Positions 25,229 through 36,710 of a stretch of DNA of 64,000 nt are shown piece by piece. Source of the DNA: Pocillopora damicornis (taxonomy: Eukaryota); NCBI RefSeq assembly GCF_003704095.1, contig NW_020847627.1:124001-188000 (forward strand), given 5' to 3'. Each line of letters begins with the position of its first letter. The first letter of the stretch is position 1. Made by a program: the position numbers and the translations under genes. The notes beneath the pieces were generated by a model. The model was not told the DNA's origin and made no database searches. It saw only the letters and a program-made list of their open reading frames with translations.

Positions 25229-26227
25229 ATGGATTCACACGAAGCAGAGGAGAATCTTGATTTGGAATCGTCATCGTGGAAGGTTTGGTGTTCAATTTAT
25301 GGAATATTAAGTTTCTTCATCATCGTCGTCAACACTTTGGCGCTGTTCACTTTCATAAAGACTCCATCGCTCAAGTGTCGAAAACACATCATGGTCATCA
25401 ATCTTGTTGTCGCTGATCTCAGTTATGGAGCCTTGGGATTACCTACATTTATTTACTACGCATTCAAGCCAACATTAATCTCCTTTAACGTCTCAACAGT
25501 TCTTACCTCTTTTTCAAAATTGGTTTGTCTTTTCAGCGTTACTGCGATTGCCATGGATCGAATGTATTCCGTTGTTTGGCCAATACATCATAAAGTTATC
25601 AGCATTAATGTTTACAAATGTGCCGTCATGGCTGTTTGGATTGTTTCTGCTGGAGTGGCCACATTTGAGATGTATAATCGGGGTACATTTAGCAAAAAGC
25701 CCAAAACTTTTATCCCTGTGTTATTAATCGCATTACTGGTAGCAGGTATAGTAACTATTGGTTGCTATGTGTGTATTTGGTTTAAAGCTAGACGCAGAAG
25801 GAAGAGAACAACCACCAAACAGGATAGAAACTTGGTTTTTACTCTGTTACTAGTAACCGGAGTGTTTATGGTCACTTGGGGAATTCCTATCAGTTTTCTG
25901 TCAGTCTCCAGAATGTGCAAAAAATGTTATCAATTTTCTGCTGTGGCTTTTAAATGCATGCAGCTGCTTTTTGCATTACAATCTTTGATCAACCCAATTA
26001 TTTATTGCTTTCGACTGCCAACGTTCAAAATAAGTTTAAAAATGAGATTACAAGAGTTGAAAAGTTCAGGCCGAGGCAATGCGCCAAGAAGATCAAGTAA
26101 GGTGACTGCTAAACCTGAATTGTGGAGGACCTCGGTAATTAAAGAAACGCCGAAACAGCCAGTAAGAACTGAGGGGGAGGCGGCACAACTAACACGCACT
26201 GAGCCTAAGAGAGATCGAAATTTGTAA
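25229..26227 (+). CDS. Class A orphan GPCR 3, 332 aa, K3.36 group
   Basis: 7TM; NLVVADL, IAMDRMYS, TWGIP, ECL3 CKKC, QSLINPIIYCFRLP; acceptor ctttacag 20 nt before the ATG. Confidence 0.95.
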   Translation: MDSHEAEENLDLESSSWKVWCSIYGILSFFIIVVNTLALFTFIKTPSLKCRKHIMVINLVVADLSYGALGLPTFIYYAFKPTLISFNVSTVLTSFSKLVCLFSVTAIAMDRMYSVVWPIHHKVISINVYKCAVMAVWIVSAGVATFEMYNRGTFSKKPKTFIPVLLIALLVAGIVTIGCYVCIWFKARRRRKRTTTKQDRNLVFTLLLVTGVFMVTWGIPISFLSVSRMCKKCYQFSAVAFKCMQLLFALQSLINPIIYCFRLPTFKISLKMRLQELKSSGRGNAPRRSSKVTAKPELWRTSVIKETPKQPVRTEGEAAQLTRTEPKRDRNL

Positions 26228-28099
26228 TATTGCAATCCCCCCATTAAGCCGAGGTGCTTTGGGAAAAACAATGAAAAACACGTTTACATGTAGTAACTTT
26301 TCTTTTTTTTTTTGTTTGTTTGTTTGCTCTTAAAGCTTTTGCTAGTTATAGTGGCTGAGAGAGGAGGCCGTTATTACTGACAGCGGGTTCAAGTGCGAAA
26401 CTGAACTAGATAATCACCCTCTGAAGGCGTAAATAGATATAGATACGAAAAGTAAAACCTGTATCTATCAAGTCGGTGCAGACATTAATTGTGAGTCCTT
26501 TTGCGTCCGAAATTTTCAGAAATAATGCTTAAAGTTACAACTTCTTGGCAAGATGGGCATGAGGTCTTTCTTGTGAAGGAGGAAATCGAAAAAGATGTCA
26601 GCTGTTTTGAAACTGGAGTCTTTTTCACACCGCTATTTTGTATCATATGATGTAATACCGTTTTTCTCATTTATCTGCATGATCCGGCTTTGGGACTACC
26701 AGAAACCAAGAAGCTCTTGTTTGATTAGGACAATGGCATCCGTATTTCGTCATTGCATCCAAAATAGCGCTTACTGGGAAATGTAACATCAACATTTCGT
26801 GTATTTGTTTCTAGCTTAATTACATTTTTTTCTTGTTTCCCAATTTTTCTTGTGATTCTTCATAACACAAGACATTATCATGGGTATTGCTAGAACGGAT
26901 TTGAAAAGCGCGTGCTAACTCAAAGCTAGTGCTCAGATCCTTTTTCCGTTTTGTCGTCCGCTATGTTAATGTTTTTAGACCGAGAGTCTGTTACGAAAAA
27001 AATCACACTTCCCACGCGCTCCTAAATTTACGAGCGTCACGTTCTGATTTAATGCCTCACGTACTATTTTTTTTTGTGTGTGTTAGTCACGCGTCTCTCG
27101 CGTTTCTGAAAAAAGACGTTTACCAATAAAAAAAAGTTGGTTTTAATCCACGAATCTCTTACAAACGCACGATACAAAAAACATGGTGGTTGGAATATAA
27201 ACGCGGCTTGACACAAACTAGTATGAACACGAACTCATGGAGCACTGAATATTTGACATGAAGAAATTATGCAGTTCTTGGCACGGAGTGTCCGTAAGGG
27301 TAAATTATACAACGGCGCGATGCACAATATTTGCTACCCTAATCTAAGATCTCTTTGGATCCATGAAGATGTGTTTGTTGAAAATGAATCTTTTTTTTCA
27401 AATATCCGAATGAATCCATGTCGGATTAAAAATAGTCAGAACTGAACCATTTTACATGTCGGAAAGTGACTGCCTTTTTCTGCTGCACAATTTGCAATCT
27501 TTATTGTAGTGTTATGGTTTGCAAATTATCGTTTTCTTTGAGAAAATGTCGCTCGCGCAGTATGCGATCGACACTCGGTTATAGAAACTGCTGTTTACAA
27601 AAATTAAAATGCCGTTAAATCACTTATACCGTTTCCTAGAACTTTGATTGCTGAGCACTCAAACATTTCTCGTTATAATAACAGGGATGAAGTCTTCACC
27701 AAGTGATCTAAAATTAGAGATTAAATGAGCATAGTTCTTAATTGCTGTTGTGGGCCACCCTGATTGTTTTCAACGTATTTAAATCACAAAGACGTTGACG
27801 CAAAAGTTTTTTTTTGTCCCAAACCAACTGGGAGGGGACTTTTAGTTCATTATTTTTGTTGGAAATTCATAACAGTTTTCTCACGCTCCTGCGAGAAAAC
27901 GTTTTTCTTTTTCTCCCCGAAATTTTTTTTAAAAGAGCATTTATGTCTGAAATCGAACATTGTAGCGGAAGTTGATATTTAGGATTTTGGTTTATGGGTC
28001 ATTAGCGAATTGTTTTGTGTTTCCTTTTAGTAGAGGAAAATTATTCGTTAATTCGTCATTAACGCCACAATTGTTAATATCTGTAAACATCATTTTGAC

Positions 28100-28222
28100 A
28101 AAATAGCAGTCATGTTAGTTACCGGTGACACACTAGTTCCAGTTGTATTTTGGATTTGGTTTGACTCGTCTGTCCACGGAGTGAAGACTGGAGGAACTAT
28201 CATTGGCTCGTGAGTATGTCTT
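28100..28222 (+). promoter_or_regulatory. Putative non-coding 5' exon of GPCR4, donor GTGAGTATGTCTT at 28210
   Basis: Paralogous to the exon/donor at 24572; a further candidate UTR exon at 28862-28963 (ttcacag| ... GAG|gtaaac). Confidence 0.5.
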
Positions 28223-29113
28223 ATCCTTTGAGCAGAGGTAATTTCAATTTCAATTTCTGGCAATTTCTACGATCATAAGTACCGCACAATGCGGTCAACG
28301 ACAGCCTCCCGTTGAATTATTGTCTAATCGTGGTGCAGTAATTTACTGACTGCGCTCTGAAGAGTTACAACTTTGAATGATAGGTTTATGCTTGAGGTTA
28401 ATAGCAACGGTGAAAAAGATCTTTGATTTCACTCGTGCAAATCGACCCAACTGAAAATAGCAGCTGAAAAATATGTCGTTTGCGGTTTATTCAAAAGTGT
28501 CGCGTCAGCGCACGTAAGCTGAATGCAGTTAACGAGAAGAACCTCTCTAGTCTCAGAAAACAACATTCGTTTTCGATAAATATAACTGCTTGCATTTCAG
28601 TAAAACGCAAGATATAAACTACTGTGCGGCTCTTAGATGTATTCAATTAACGCATAAGCGAGAAAAGTTACTTGAGCGATCGACGCTGCTAATTAACAAC
28701 GGTTTGACTTTGACTGGCGAGAGAGACACTAAGTTTATCCTTTTGAAAGTTTTCTACGAAACGGTTAAAGATTTGATACTATGATGTTAAAACAGGATTT
28801 TTAAAGACTTTCTCTGAATGACATCTGAGCTCAATTTTTTTTAAATATTTAAATTTCACAGATGTTCTGAAAAGAAGTTCTGATGAAAGTTTTTCATACG
28901 ACACGCCAAAGACATTCTCTTTCAATTATCATGGCCGCAGTATGATTATAACGAGTTTTAGAGGTAAACTGCTCTCCTTCATAACTCAGTGAATAACCTT
29001 AAAGTTCTTGTGATACTTAGTTCTTTTTATCTCGACTGCAACAGACTTAATCCCGCTAATACTGTTTCTCATGAGTAGATTAGTGTTTGTTATACGTTTT
29101 ATTTCAGCAATCC

Positions 29114-29360
29114 AAGCCATTTATTAAAGTTCACTCGAATTACTCTAGTCTGAAGTTTCAACGAAGCTCAAATAAACACCGTAAAATTTCGTTTTCAGAA
29201 TTTGTTTTAAGGTGTGCTGTTTTAATTTGAGAGAGAAGCTATTTATTAAAGTTCACTCAAATTACTCTAGTCTGAAGTTTCAACGAAGCTCAAATAAACA
29301 CCGTAAAATTTCGTTTTCAGAATTTGTTTTAAGGGGTGCTGTTTTAATTTGAGAGAGAAG
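29114..29360. repeat. Tandem duplication, 122-bp period, 2 copies
   Basis: ATTTATTAAAGTTCACTC...TTTGAGAGAGAAG starts at 29119 and 29241; a few substitutions. Confidence 0.95.
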
Positions 29361-30241
29361 GTTTGCATAAAAAAAACATGTCATCAAAGCTGTCCTGTTT
29401 GTTTTTTTTTTTTTTTAAGACCATACTGGACGAAGTCTCATTTGAATCAGCTGAATCGGGGAGGAGCGGAACACATATCGTTTCCAATATCATTCTGAAA
29501 TTTTATGAACGCAGCCTGCTTAAATGATTTATTGACACAGGGTTTTTTAATTTGAGGTTTTCCTAGTCATCGCGAATGTCAAATAAATATATCCTCCAAG
29601 AGACGTTGTTCGGTTAATTAAAATAATCATTCTGATTTTGCCGGTCATTTTTGGCCTGTTCGCCTTTCTGACGAAACCATGTACAGTGAAGGACTATAGC
29701 GAGACGTGTAAGTCTGTTGTAAAAGAGACTTCAATGGTCATTTGAAATATGAATATGAACGCTATTTTGACAGTTGCTAAGGACACTTGCGTATTTGTTT
29801 TATTGTAGGATACAGAAAGAGTGTTAGACGTGAACAAATTGCTTTCAAAACTTTGAGTTTTAAAAATCTTTTCTTTTCTGGTTGGGAATGTTTATGTGGT
29901 TTAAATTTTACCGCTGCGATCGCTAAAGTGCGACTGTTAGGTCGAATTCTTTTTAAATATCCCATGATCCAAGCATGATAGATGAAAAGACCACTTTATT
30001 GACTCTGAGCGACATCAAAATTGCTTCTATCTCGCGTTCAATGTAAAAGTGTCAAACTACTTCATAAGAAAAGAAGTACATCATAATGATTTCAAAAACA
30101 CAACATTTCTTTCACAAAAACGAAACAACTTATAGCGATAATCCCAACCAAAATGATTCTTTTGTTTCGCATTGTAACCCACCTAAACTAACCTTTTCAA
30201 AATTAACAGGATAATTGATTTCGTTTCGTTTTGGCCAACCT

Positions 30242-30413
30242 TTTCGAACGTTAGCCCTTCGCCTGTCGCTCTGACTAAGGGCTAACGCTCCAAACGTCAG
30301 CTTTCAAACTCTTTACGGTGGCCAATTTACGTTATCAACGCAGTTGATAATACCAAATTACCTTGCTATACTCTCCCACCGAAGCAGCACCACAGTTTCT
30401 TTAGAAAATTACC
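30242..30413 (+). mobile_element. Copy of the Penelope-type repeat, hammerhead core mutated
   Basis: Homologous to about 8675-8846; core reads CTGACTA...CAAACGTC (two catalytic-core substitutions). Confidence 0.75.
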
Positions 30414-31068
30414 TTATTGCGAATTAAGAGGCGATCTCTATAAAAGCGGTCCAGGGCATTTCGCATCGGAATAAAGTTTCCCTAAAACTTTGCCCAATGA
30501 TCTATCTTTGGTAGCAAGTAAATAAAACCACATTAGTTTCTGGAAATAAGTTAAAATAAAATTTTTTAGAGTTCTCAATAGTCAAAGCTGCAAAAGTCAC
30601 TTTTTTGACCACTTGCGACATCGAAAATTTCAAAAGTAAAAAAAGCCCGGTTCTCGTATCACACCGCATGCAGCAAAAGATCTTTTGTATTCTTAGACTG
30701 TGCGGTATGTAAGGTGTATAAAAAGCATTTCAATTTTGATATTCGTTTATTCAGAGGTTCGTCATGATTTATTTAATGACACACGTTAGACAGCTTTCTG
30801 AAATTGGTCAAAAGTACTCTTTCTTTCTTGGTTGATATTGCTCAAGTCCAGACCAGACCATTGAAAACTCCGCTTGATTTCTTCTAATAAGATGTTTGGC
30901 AGCAGAAAAATATAAAAACATCTTGCACTTATTGATTTTCTTCGCCGTGGTGACTTCAAACTTTTAGCGATTTTGCTAGCGCGACAGCCGATTATGCAAA
31001 TTATTCATTGAGCAAACTCTGACCGTTTTATATAAGTAGCTCAATAAATCTTAGATTTTGGCCATTTC

Positions 31069-31190
31069 AAGTTGAAAATATAGTAGGACAGAGTTTTTAG
31101 ACCAGAGTTTAGAGTTTTTTTTGGACTTTTAAAATGTTTAGGGTGTCAATCAGCGTGGTCTGTTAGCTCTGTCCTACTATATTTCAACTT
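31069..31190. repeat. Foldback / small MITE-like inverted repeat
   Basis: AAGTTGAAAATATAGTAGGACAGAG...CTCTGTCCTACTATATTTCAACTT arms, extending inward to AGACCA/TGGTCT. Confidence 0.75.
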
Positions 31191-31463
31191 AAACAACCCC
31201 TTCAAAACTTACTTCCTGCATCATATCTATTTAACACAGTTATTTAACACTCGATACACGAGTCAGAACAATGTTTATTCGTTTATACGCATATGAGCAA
31301 CTGGCCGATTCGATTACGATTTGCACCGGGAAATGTTCCAGTTTTTTTTCTCTCAGTCTGGAATTTGCATATTGTATGCTAAGGCTTTTGTTCATTTGCA
31401 CTTAGTCCTTTTATTTATTTCTTTCCTACCATGATTCATTCATAGAAATCTGAACAATCATCA

Positions 31464-32423
31464 ATGGATATTCGCCAAGTAAAAGAGATTGTTCAAACGT
31501 TATCAACTGGAACTTTACGGGCTTGGACCGGAGTTTATGCTGTTGAAAGTTTCATCATCGTCTTTGTCAACTCCTTGTCACTGTATACTTTTATCAAGAC
31601 TCCGTCCCTCAAGACACGAAAGCACATGATGGTTGTCAATCTCGCAGTCGCTGATCTCATTTTTGGAGCCCTCGGAATATCGTCTCTTATTTACCTGATA
31701 TTTAAACCAACAATTACTTCCGTTTATGTGTTAAATGCGTCGTACACGTTTCCGAAAGCAGCATGCCTTTTTACTCTGGGTGTGATTGCAGTGGAACGAA
31801 TGCATGCAGTCGTCTGGCCCTTACGTCACAAAGTTATGAGTGGTCGTGTCCACAAAATTGCTCTCGTGGGAATTTGGATACTGTCCGGCATCGTGACTGC
31901 ATTGGAATTGTACAATACGGATGCATTTGGCGAATCTGTTAGATTTGTCTTTTTCCTGCCAATGACAATTTTTGGTGTAATTAGCATAACAATTGTTTGT
32001 TACGTGTGCATTTGGATAAAAGTTAAACGCAGACGACAGAGCGTGCACGGTGCAGCGACCCGAAAGGATAAATCATTGGTGCACACGTTGCTGCTTATTA
32101 CAGGGGTTTTTGTGCTCATGTGGGCACTTCCTATAACTTATTTTTCAGCTTCAAAGATCTGTGACAGCTGTTACAAGATTACATATCCGCTTCTTTTCCA
32201 CCTTTTTAACGCGTTGTTAGCGCTACAATCATTTCTCAACCCAATAATTTATTGCTTCAGGCTGCCTATGTTTAGGATGAGTTTGAAAGCGAGGCTGCGA
32301 GAGATGAAACATTCAGTTTGTTTTCTGCAGAGGCTTTCGTTAGAGTCAAGAAAGAGAGGAACACGAACTGAATTGCCAACCTCAGTGGTAAGAGAAAATC
32401 AAGGCAGCCTGGAAGTCGTTTGA
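31464..32423 (+). CDS. Class A orphan GPCR 4, 319 aa, K3.36 group
   Basis: 7TM; NLAVADL, IAVERMHA, MWALP, ECL3 CDSC, QSFLNPIIYCFRLP; acceptor ttcatag 18 nt before the ATG. Confidence 0.95.
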   Translation: MDIRQVKEIVQTLSTGTLRAWTGVYAVESFIIVFVNSLSLYTFIKTPSLKTRKHMMVVNLAVADLIFGALGISSLIYLIFKPTITSVYVLNASYTFPKAACLFTLGVIAVERMHAVVWPLRHKVMSGRVHKIALVGIWILSGIVTALELYNTDAFGESVRFVFFLPMTIFGVISITIVCYVCIWIKVKRRRQSVHGAATRKDKSLVHTLLLITGVFVLMWALPITYFSASKICDSCYKITYPLLFHLFNALLALQSFLNPIIYCFRLPMFRMSLKARLREMKHSVCFLQRLSLESRKRGTRTELPTSVVRENQGSLEVV

Positions 32424-34017
32424 ACTAGGGTTAGAGCTATCAAGTTTGGAGCTTGGAGCGGGTCCCAATATAAGCGCCGCTGCAAGTGCGTTTCTTCGCT
32501 CACGAGTCATGTGAGGTGGCAAACTGATGCTAGAGCTCTCCTGGCCCTCTCCGTTGGTCGGTACCGATCAACCAATGGACACCTGTTTATAGAGACAATT
32601 GAGCAAGGCGACAATATGAAATATTTTGAGTTCTTGAAAAATATTCGTTCTAAAATTAATTAGGAACCTCACACGTGTCACATGACGACAATTGTATAAA
32701 ATGTTAATCTTGAGAGTTAAGCAGTTCGCCTAAAAATTGGTATCAATAAGAACAATAGTAATCATGATTTTAGAATGATAACGGTAGACGTTATTAAATA
32801 GTTGACTCCAGTGTCTGGGTCTAGCCGAGTAAAGGGGAAAAGACAGAATGTCCACCTTTATTGTACTGACCGGAGAAAAAGATGTGCGTCTTTAGGAAAA
32901 AAAAGCAAAAAGGAGGAAAAAATTAATTTCCCTCTAAACGCAGACACCTAGACACTATACATAAGGGCGTTGCGTTGTACTTAAGTTATTGTGACTATGT
33001 ATGCATAGAACAATTGCGTAAAAAATGCTTCTTCCGAAATGACGCCTAGAATGCGAAAACTCACCTTGGTTAACAATTTTTTTTGTTAGCTACGCCTGTC
33101 AGCACCCTCTGACAGGGCCGTGATTTAAGATTCTGTCCAGTTCGTTTCATGCTACCAACCTCTTTAGCTATGTTGGCTTTGGTTGAACACTGATTTTGCA
33201 CGTAACATCTTTCCTGGCCTTGAAAAGTTTTAATTTCGTTAAAAACGCTAATTATGAAGGTTAAATCCTGACCGTAGGAAAAGCTTGATTTTTAACTCGC
33301 CGATGGCAACCTGTGGACAGCAACTTTTCACTGGACAATAGCTAGGTTTCCTCCTAATTAGTCACAATTAAGCGCTTAATAGCTGCCTCCCAGCCCAGTG
33401 CACAGTGAGTTTCGTTTTCCCCAGGCGAAGCTGAGGAGCACTAGGGCGGTTATTTGCGAGAGGTCTACCCAGACGACGGTTTTACGCAATCAGCGGGCCT
33501 CAGACTTTCTCTATAAGAGAGTTGATTTAATTAAATAAATGTTCTTCTGCTGTCAGCTTTCGGTCTTCTTGACGCTGTGCACAAATATGAATGTTCAGAT
33601 AAAAGATTCAGCTAAATTGTAGATTGTTTGGGACGCGGTTGTGTTAAACAACGGTTAAACTTTTTTTTAATATTCAGACCTGAGGTTCCTCCCCTCTGCC
33701 CTCCTTTTCCCATGGGACCAGTCTCAGGGACTTTTTTTCAATCGCCGCATTCAAATATTTTCTCGAAGCGAGCTGGGAGGCAAATGTTTGCAAAGGTGTC
33801 AATGTTAACGATCTGCAATCATATTCATTTTTACTACCCAATACTTTCGTTCAGCTTTCGTTCGCCGAATTACCCCGCTGTTGCAGCTGCTTTTGTCTTC
33901 ATTCTTGAACTCCAAAGATTCTATTTGATTGTAACTTGAAGCTATGAAATTAAGAATATCAGCACCATGTCTCGGGATTAAGAAAGTTGTTAGACGAGCG
34001 AGGCAATTTGCACCATT

Positions 34018-34210
34018 TTTAATGATCGGCGCTGTTTAATATGGACCTTTGAGGGCTGAAGTAATTATTTTGAAATATGAGAAAAACCGAAGTGGTTTTG
34101 AATACTTTTAGACTTTAATGATCGGCGCTGTTGAATATGGACCTTTGAGGACTGAAGTAATTATTTTGAAACATATGAAAAACCGAAGTGGTTTTGAATA
34201 CTTTCAGACT
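34018..34210. repeat. Tandem duplication, ~96-bp period, 2 copies
   Basis: AATGATCGGCGCTGTT...GAATACTTT.AGACT starts at 34021 and 34117. Confidence 0.93.
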
Positions 34211-34526
34211 AAGACAGATTCACGGGCAAAGTTTGAAAGAAATAGATTGTTCGAAGCGAAATTCACCGTACCGCTTTATTTTAGAGAGACTGCGTCTTAA
34301 ATCCTCTTTATCAAGGAAAAGAGATCCTTGTCAAACAAGCTGATTTCCTCCGGTAATGTAAACGTTCTAACTGGCCTTCTTTCAGTTTATGTCATTTTTC
34401 ACAATGAAGGCATTATGTCTTCGAGAGAAGACATAAAGGGCTACTCTAAAAATAATAACAAAGGGAAAGTCGAAACTCATGCTCAACTCATTGATAGTTC
34501 CTTTAAAACGATTTTATTTAACATTG

Positions 34527-34675
34527 AATAAAGGGGCAAGTTTCTAAAGAAGCTGTGGTGCTGCGTCGGTGGGAGAGTATAGCAGGTAATTTAGTGTTGA
34601 CAAGTGAGATGAAAACGTAAATTGGCCACCGTAAAGGGTAAAAAAGCTGACCTTTCGAGCGTTAGTCCTTCGTCA
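34527..34675 (-). mobile_element. 5'-truncated copy of the Penelope-type repeat with 14-bp TSD
   Basis: Reverse complement of 8705-8853; flanked by TTTATTTAACATTG (34513-34526) and TTTATTAAACATTG (34676-34689). Confidence 0.75.
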
Positions 34676-35226
34676 TTTATTAAACATTGGTTGCCATTTG
34701 TATTTACATATATGAAAACTTCAGGAAGCTAGAGTTCTGAGATGTAAAGAGCAAAATAAAAAAAACTTCTTCTTGAAATTAACTTATCAGAAAATGTTTC
34801 GTTTAATTTTCAGAATTAATACGGTAAGGAACTCATTTTCGCGTACGCGGTTTAGCATATGTAATTAGCAGAAGTTTAGTACAGAATTTCCGATGTAACC
34901 TCTCAGCTGTTTTTGCAAGCTGTCATGCCAAAACAAGATTACCTGTTTTTTTGAAATGAGTTTTTAATCAAAATACAGCGTTGGCATCAGCAAAGCAATA
35001 ACTTGTTTACCTGCCTGAAAAGCTGCTTTATTATCCATAATAATCATCAAGTCGCATTTGCCAGCCAAGGTCTGTGAATTGCTGCTAGATTGACATCATA
35101 TGGTAGAAAAAAGGTGCGAAAACAAAACAAAGCGGATTCACCGCATTTAAGACTAGCACACTGTGAAACTGCATTGAAAGAGTAACGTTGCCAACATCGA
35201 TATCCCTAGCTTTGGCTAGTGAAGAG

Positions 35227-36192
35227 ATGGCAGCAAACTTCACGCACTCTAAATTAGCACTATGGACGACAGCGTTCGTGGTAGAAAGTGTAGCAATCAT
35301 TGTGGGAAATGCTGTCACTATCGCCATATTTTGGGAGAAAAGATCCACTTTGAATAGGACCCGGTTCTTTTTGATAAACCTTTCCGTTGCTGATTTGTTC
35401 ATTGGTGTCGGAGTAATGGAGGATATTGTATGTTTCGCTCTTCGCTACAAAAATGACACCTGCAAGGTGACTCAAAAAACAAATGTAGCTGACGCCATTT
35501 TTGGAATGGCTTCGTTGTCATTCTTAGTCGTAATCGCTTTAGAAAGGCTTTACGCCGTTACCTTTCCTTTACGACACCGCACGATAGCTACGAAAACGTA
35601 CTTCTTCGTTATTGGAACAACCTGGACCGTCTCAGCCATGCTGATTATAATAACGTATCCCATTTTTTCGTACTTTGCAGTTTATATCTTACTTCAACCT
35701 ATCGTAATATCAACGTACACGGCAACATGCTTAATAATCATTACAACGGCATATCTTATAATATTCATTTATTCTAAAAAGAGAGTTCCAAGGGTCGAGT
35801 TAAATCGGGAACAGAACCATAATAAACTGACCAAAACTCTTTTCATAGTTACATTATTGTCGCTGATTACGTGGACTCCGCATGGAATTGCAAATGTGTT
35901 GCGCTTCACAACATATGATGTAGAAGGAGAAGTCTACCTTGCAGGTCAATTTTGTCGATTGGCAAATTCTTATGTAAACCCGATCGTATACTGTCTCCAA
36001 ATGCCGGAATTTCGAGAGAGACTTATCAATCTTTTTGCGTTCAAACGACGCAATAAAGATGCGTCGGGTCTACAGAATCAATTAGCAATTGCGGAGTCGA
36101 TGGATCCGGATTGTCCAGTCTTGCTCTCGTTTACCCGGTTGGATGCAACCCAGGAATTTAAGACCACTATGATTCTGGTATCAAAAATGTAA
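35227..36192 (+). CDS. Class A orphan GPCR 5, 321 aa from first ATG (MAANFTHS...), D3.32/R7.42
   Basis: 7TM; VGN, NLSVADL, IALERLYA, TWTP, NSYVNPIVY. The ORF-track start at 35188 is TTG; the first ATG is 35227 (gagATGg), followed by an NFT sequon. Confidence 0.93.
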   Translation: MAANFTHSKLALWTTAFVVESVAIIVGNAVTIAIFWEKRSTLNRTRFFLINLSVADLFIGVGVMEDIVCFALRYKNDTCKVTQKTNVADAIFGMASLSFLVVIALERLYAVTFPLRHRTIATKTYFFVIGTTWTVSAMLIIITYPIFSYFAVYILLQPIVISTYTATCLIIITTAYLIIFIYSKKRVPRVELNREQNHNKLTKTLFIVTLLSLITWTPHGIANVLRFTTYDVEGEVYLAGQFCRLANSYVNPIVYCLQMPEFRERLINLFAFKRRNKDASGLQNQLAIAESMDPDCPVLLSFTRLDATQEFKTTMILVSKM

Positions 36193-36317
36193 TTTTTCGG
36201 CTAACTCTGCTTAAAATCAGACCTTCGAGGTATGACATATTTTTTTTGTTGACGATGCCTGCAATTTTGTTGGATGATGTCGCAACCCACGTGAACACTT
36301 CTTTCAAGCTCTTATTC

Positions 36318-36710
36318 CAAGTGCGCAAACATCAAGTGTATTCCTCGTTCTAAAAGCCCTATGCGAAGTGCAAAAGCAACAGAAGTATTCCTCTTTCTAA
36401 AAGTACCGCGCCAAGTGCGTAAACATTAATTGTATTCCTCGTTCTAAAAGCCCCGCGCGAAGTGTAAAAGCAACAAGAGTATTCCTATTTCTACAAGTAC
36501 CGCGCCAAGGGCATAAGCATCAAGTGTATTCCTCGTTCTAAAAGCACCGCGTTAAGTGCAAAAACAACAATAGTATTCCTCTTTCCAAAAGTACTGTGCC
36601 AAGTGCATAAACATCAAGTGTATTTCTAGTTTTAAAAGCCCCGCGCGAAGTGCAAAAGCAACAAGAGTATTCCTCTTTCTAAAAGTACCGCGCCAAGTGC
36701 AGAAAACAAT
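36318..36710. repeat. Minisatellite: 47-bp monomers alternating A/B (94-bp higher-order unit), 8 full monomers plus a partial one
   Basis: A = CAAGTGCGCAAACATCAAGTGTATTCCTCGTTCTAAAAGCCC..., B = GAAGTGCAAAAGCAACAAGAGTATTCCTCTTTCTAAAAGTACCGCGC; exact 47-bp spacing from 36318 to 36694. Confidence 0.95.

Noticed and set aside
35188-35226. 13-aa N-terminal extension of GPCR5 in the ORF track
   Set aside because: Starts at TTG; the eukaryotic start is more plausibly the ATG at 35227.
36318-36710. CRISPR-like array
   Set aside because: Units are wholly repeated with no unique spacers, there are no cas genes, and the context is eukaryotic.
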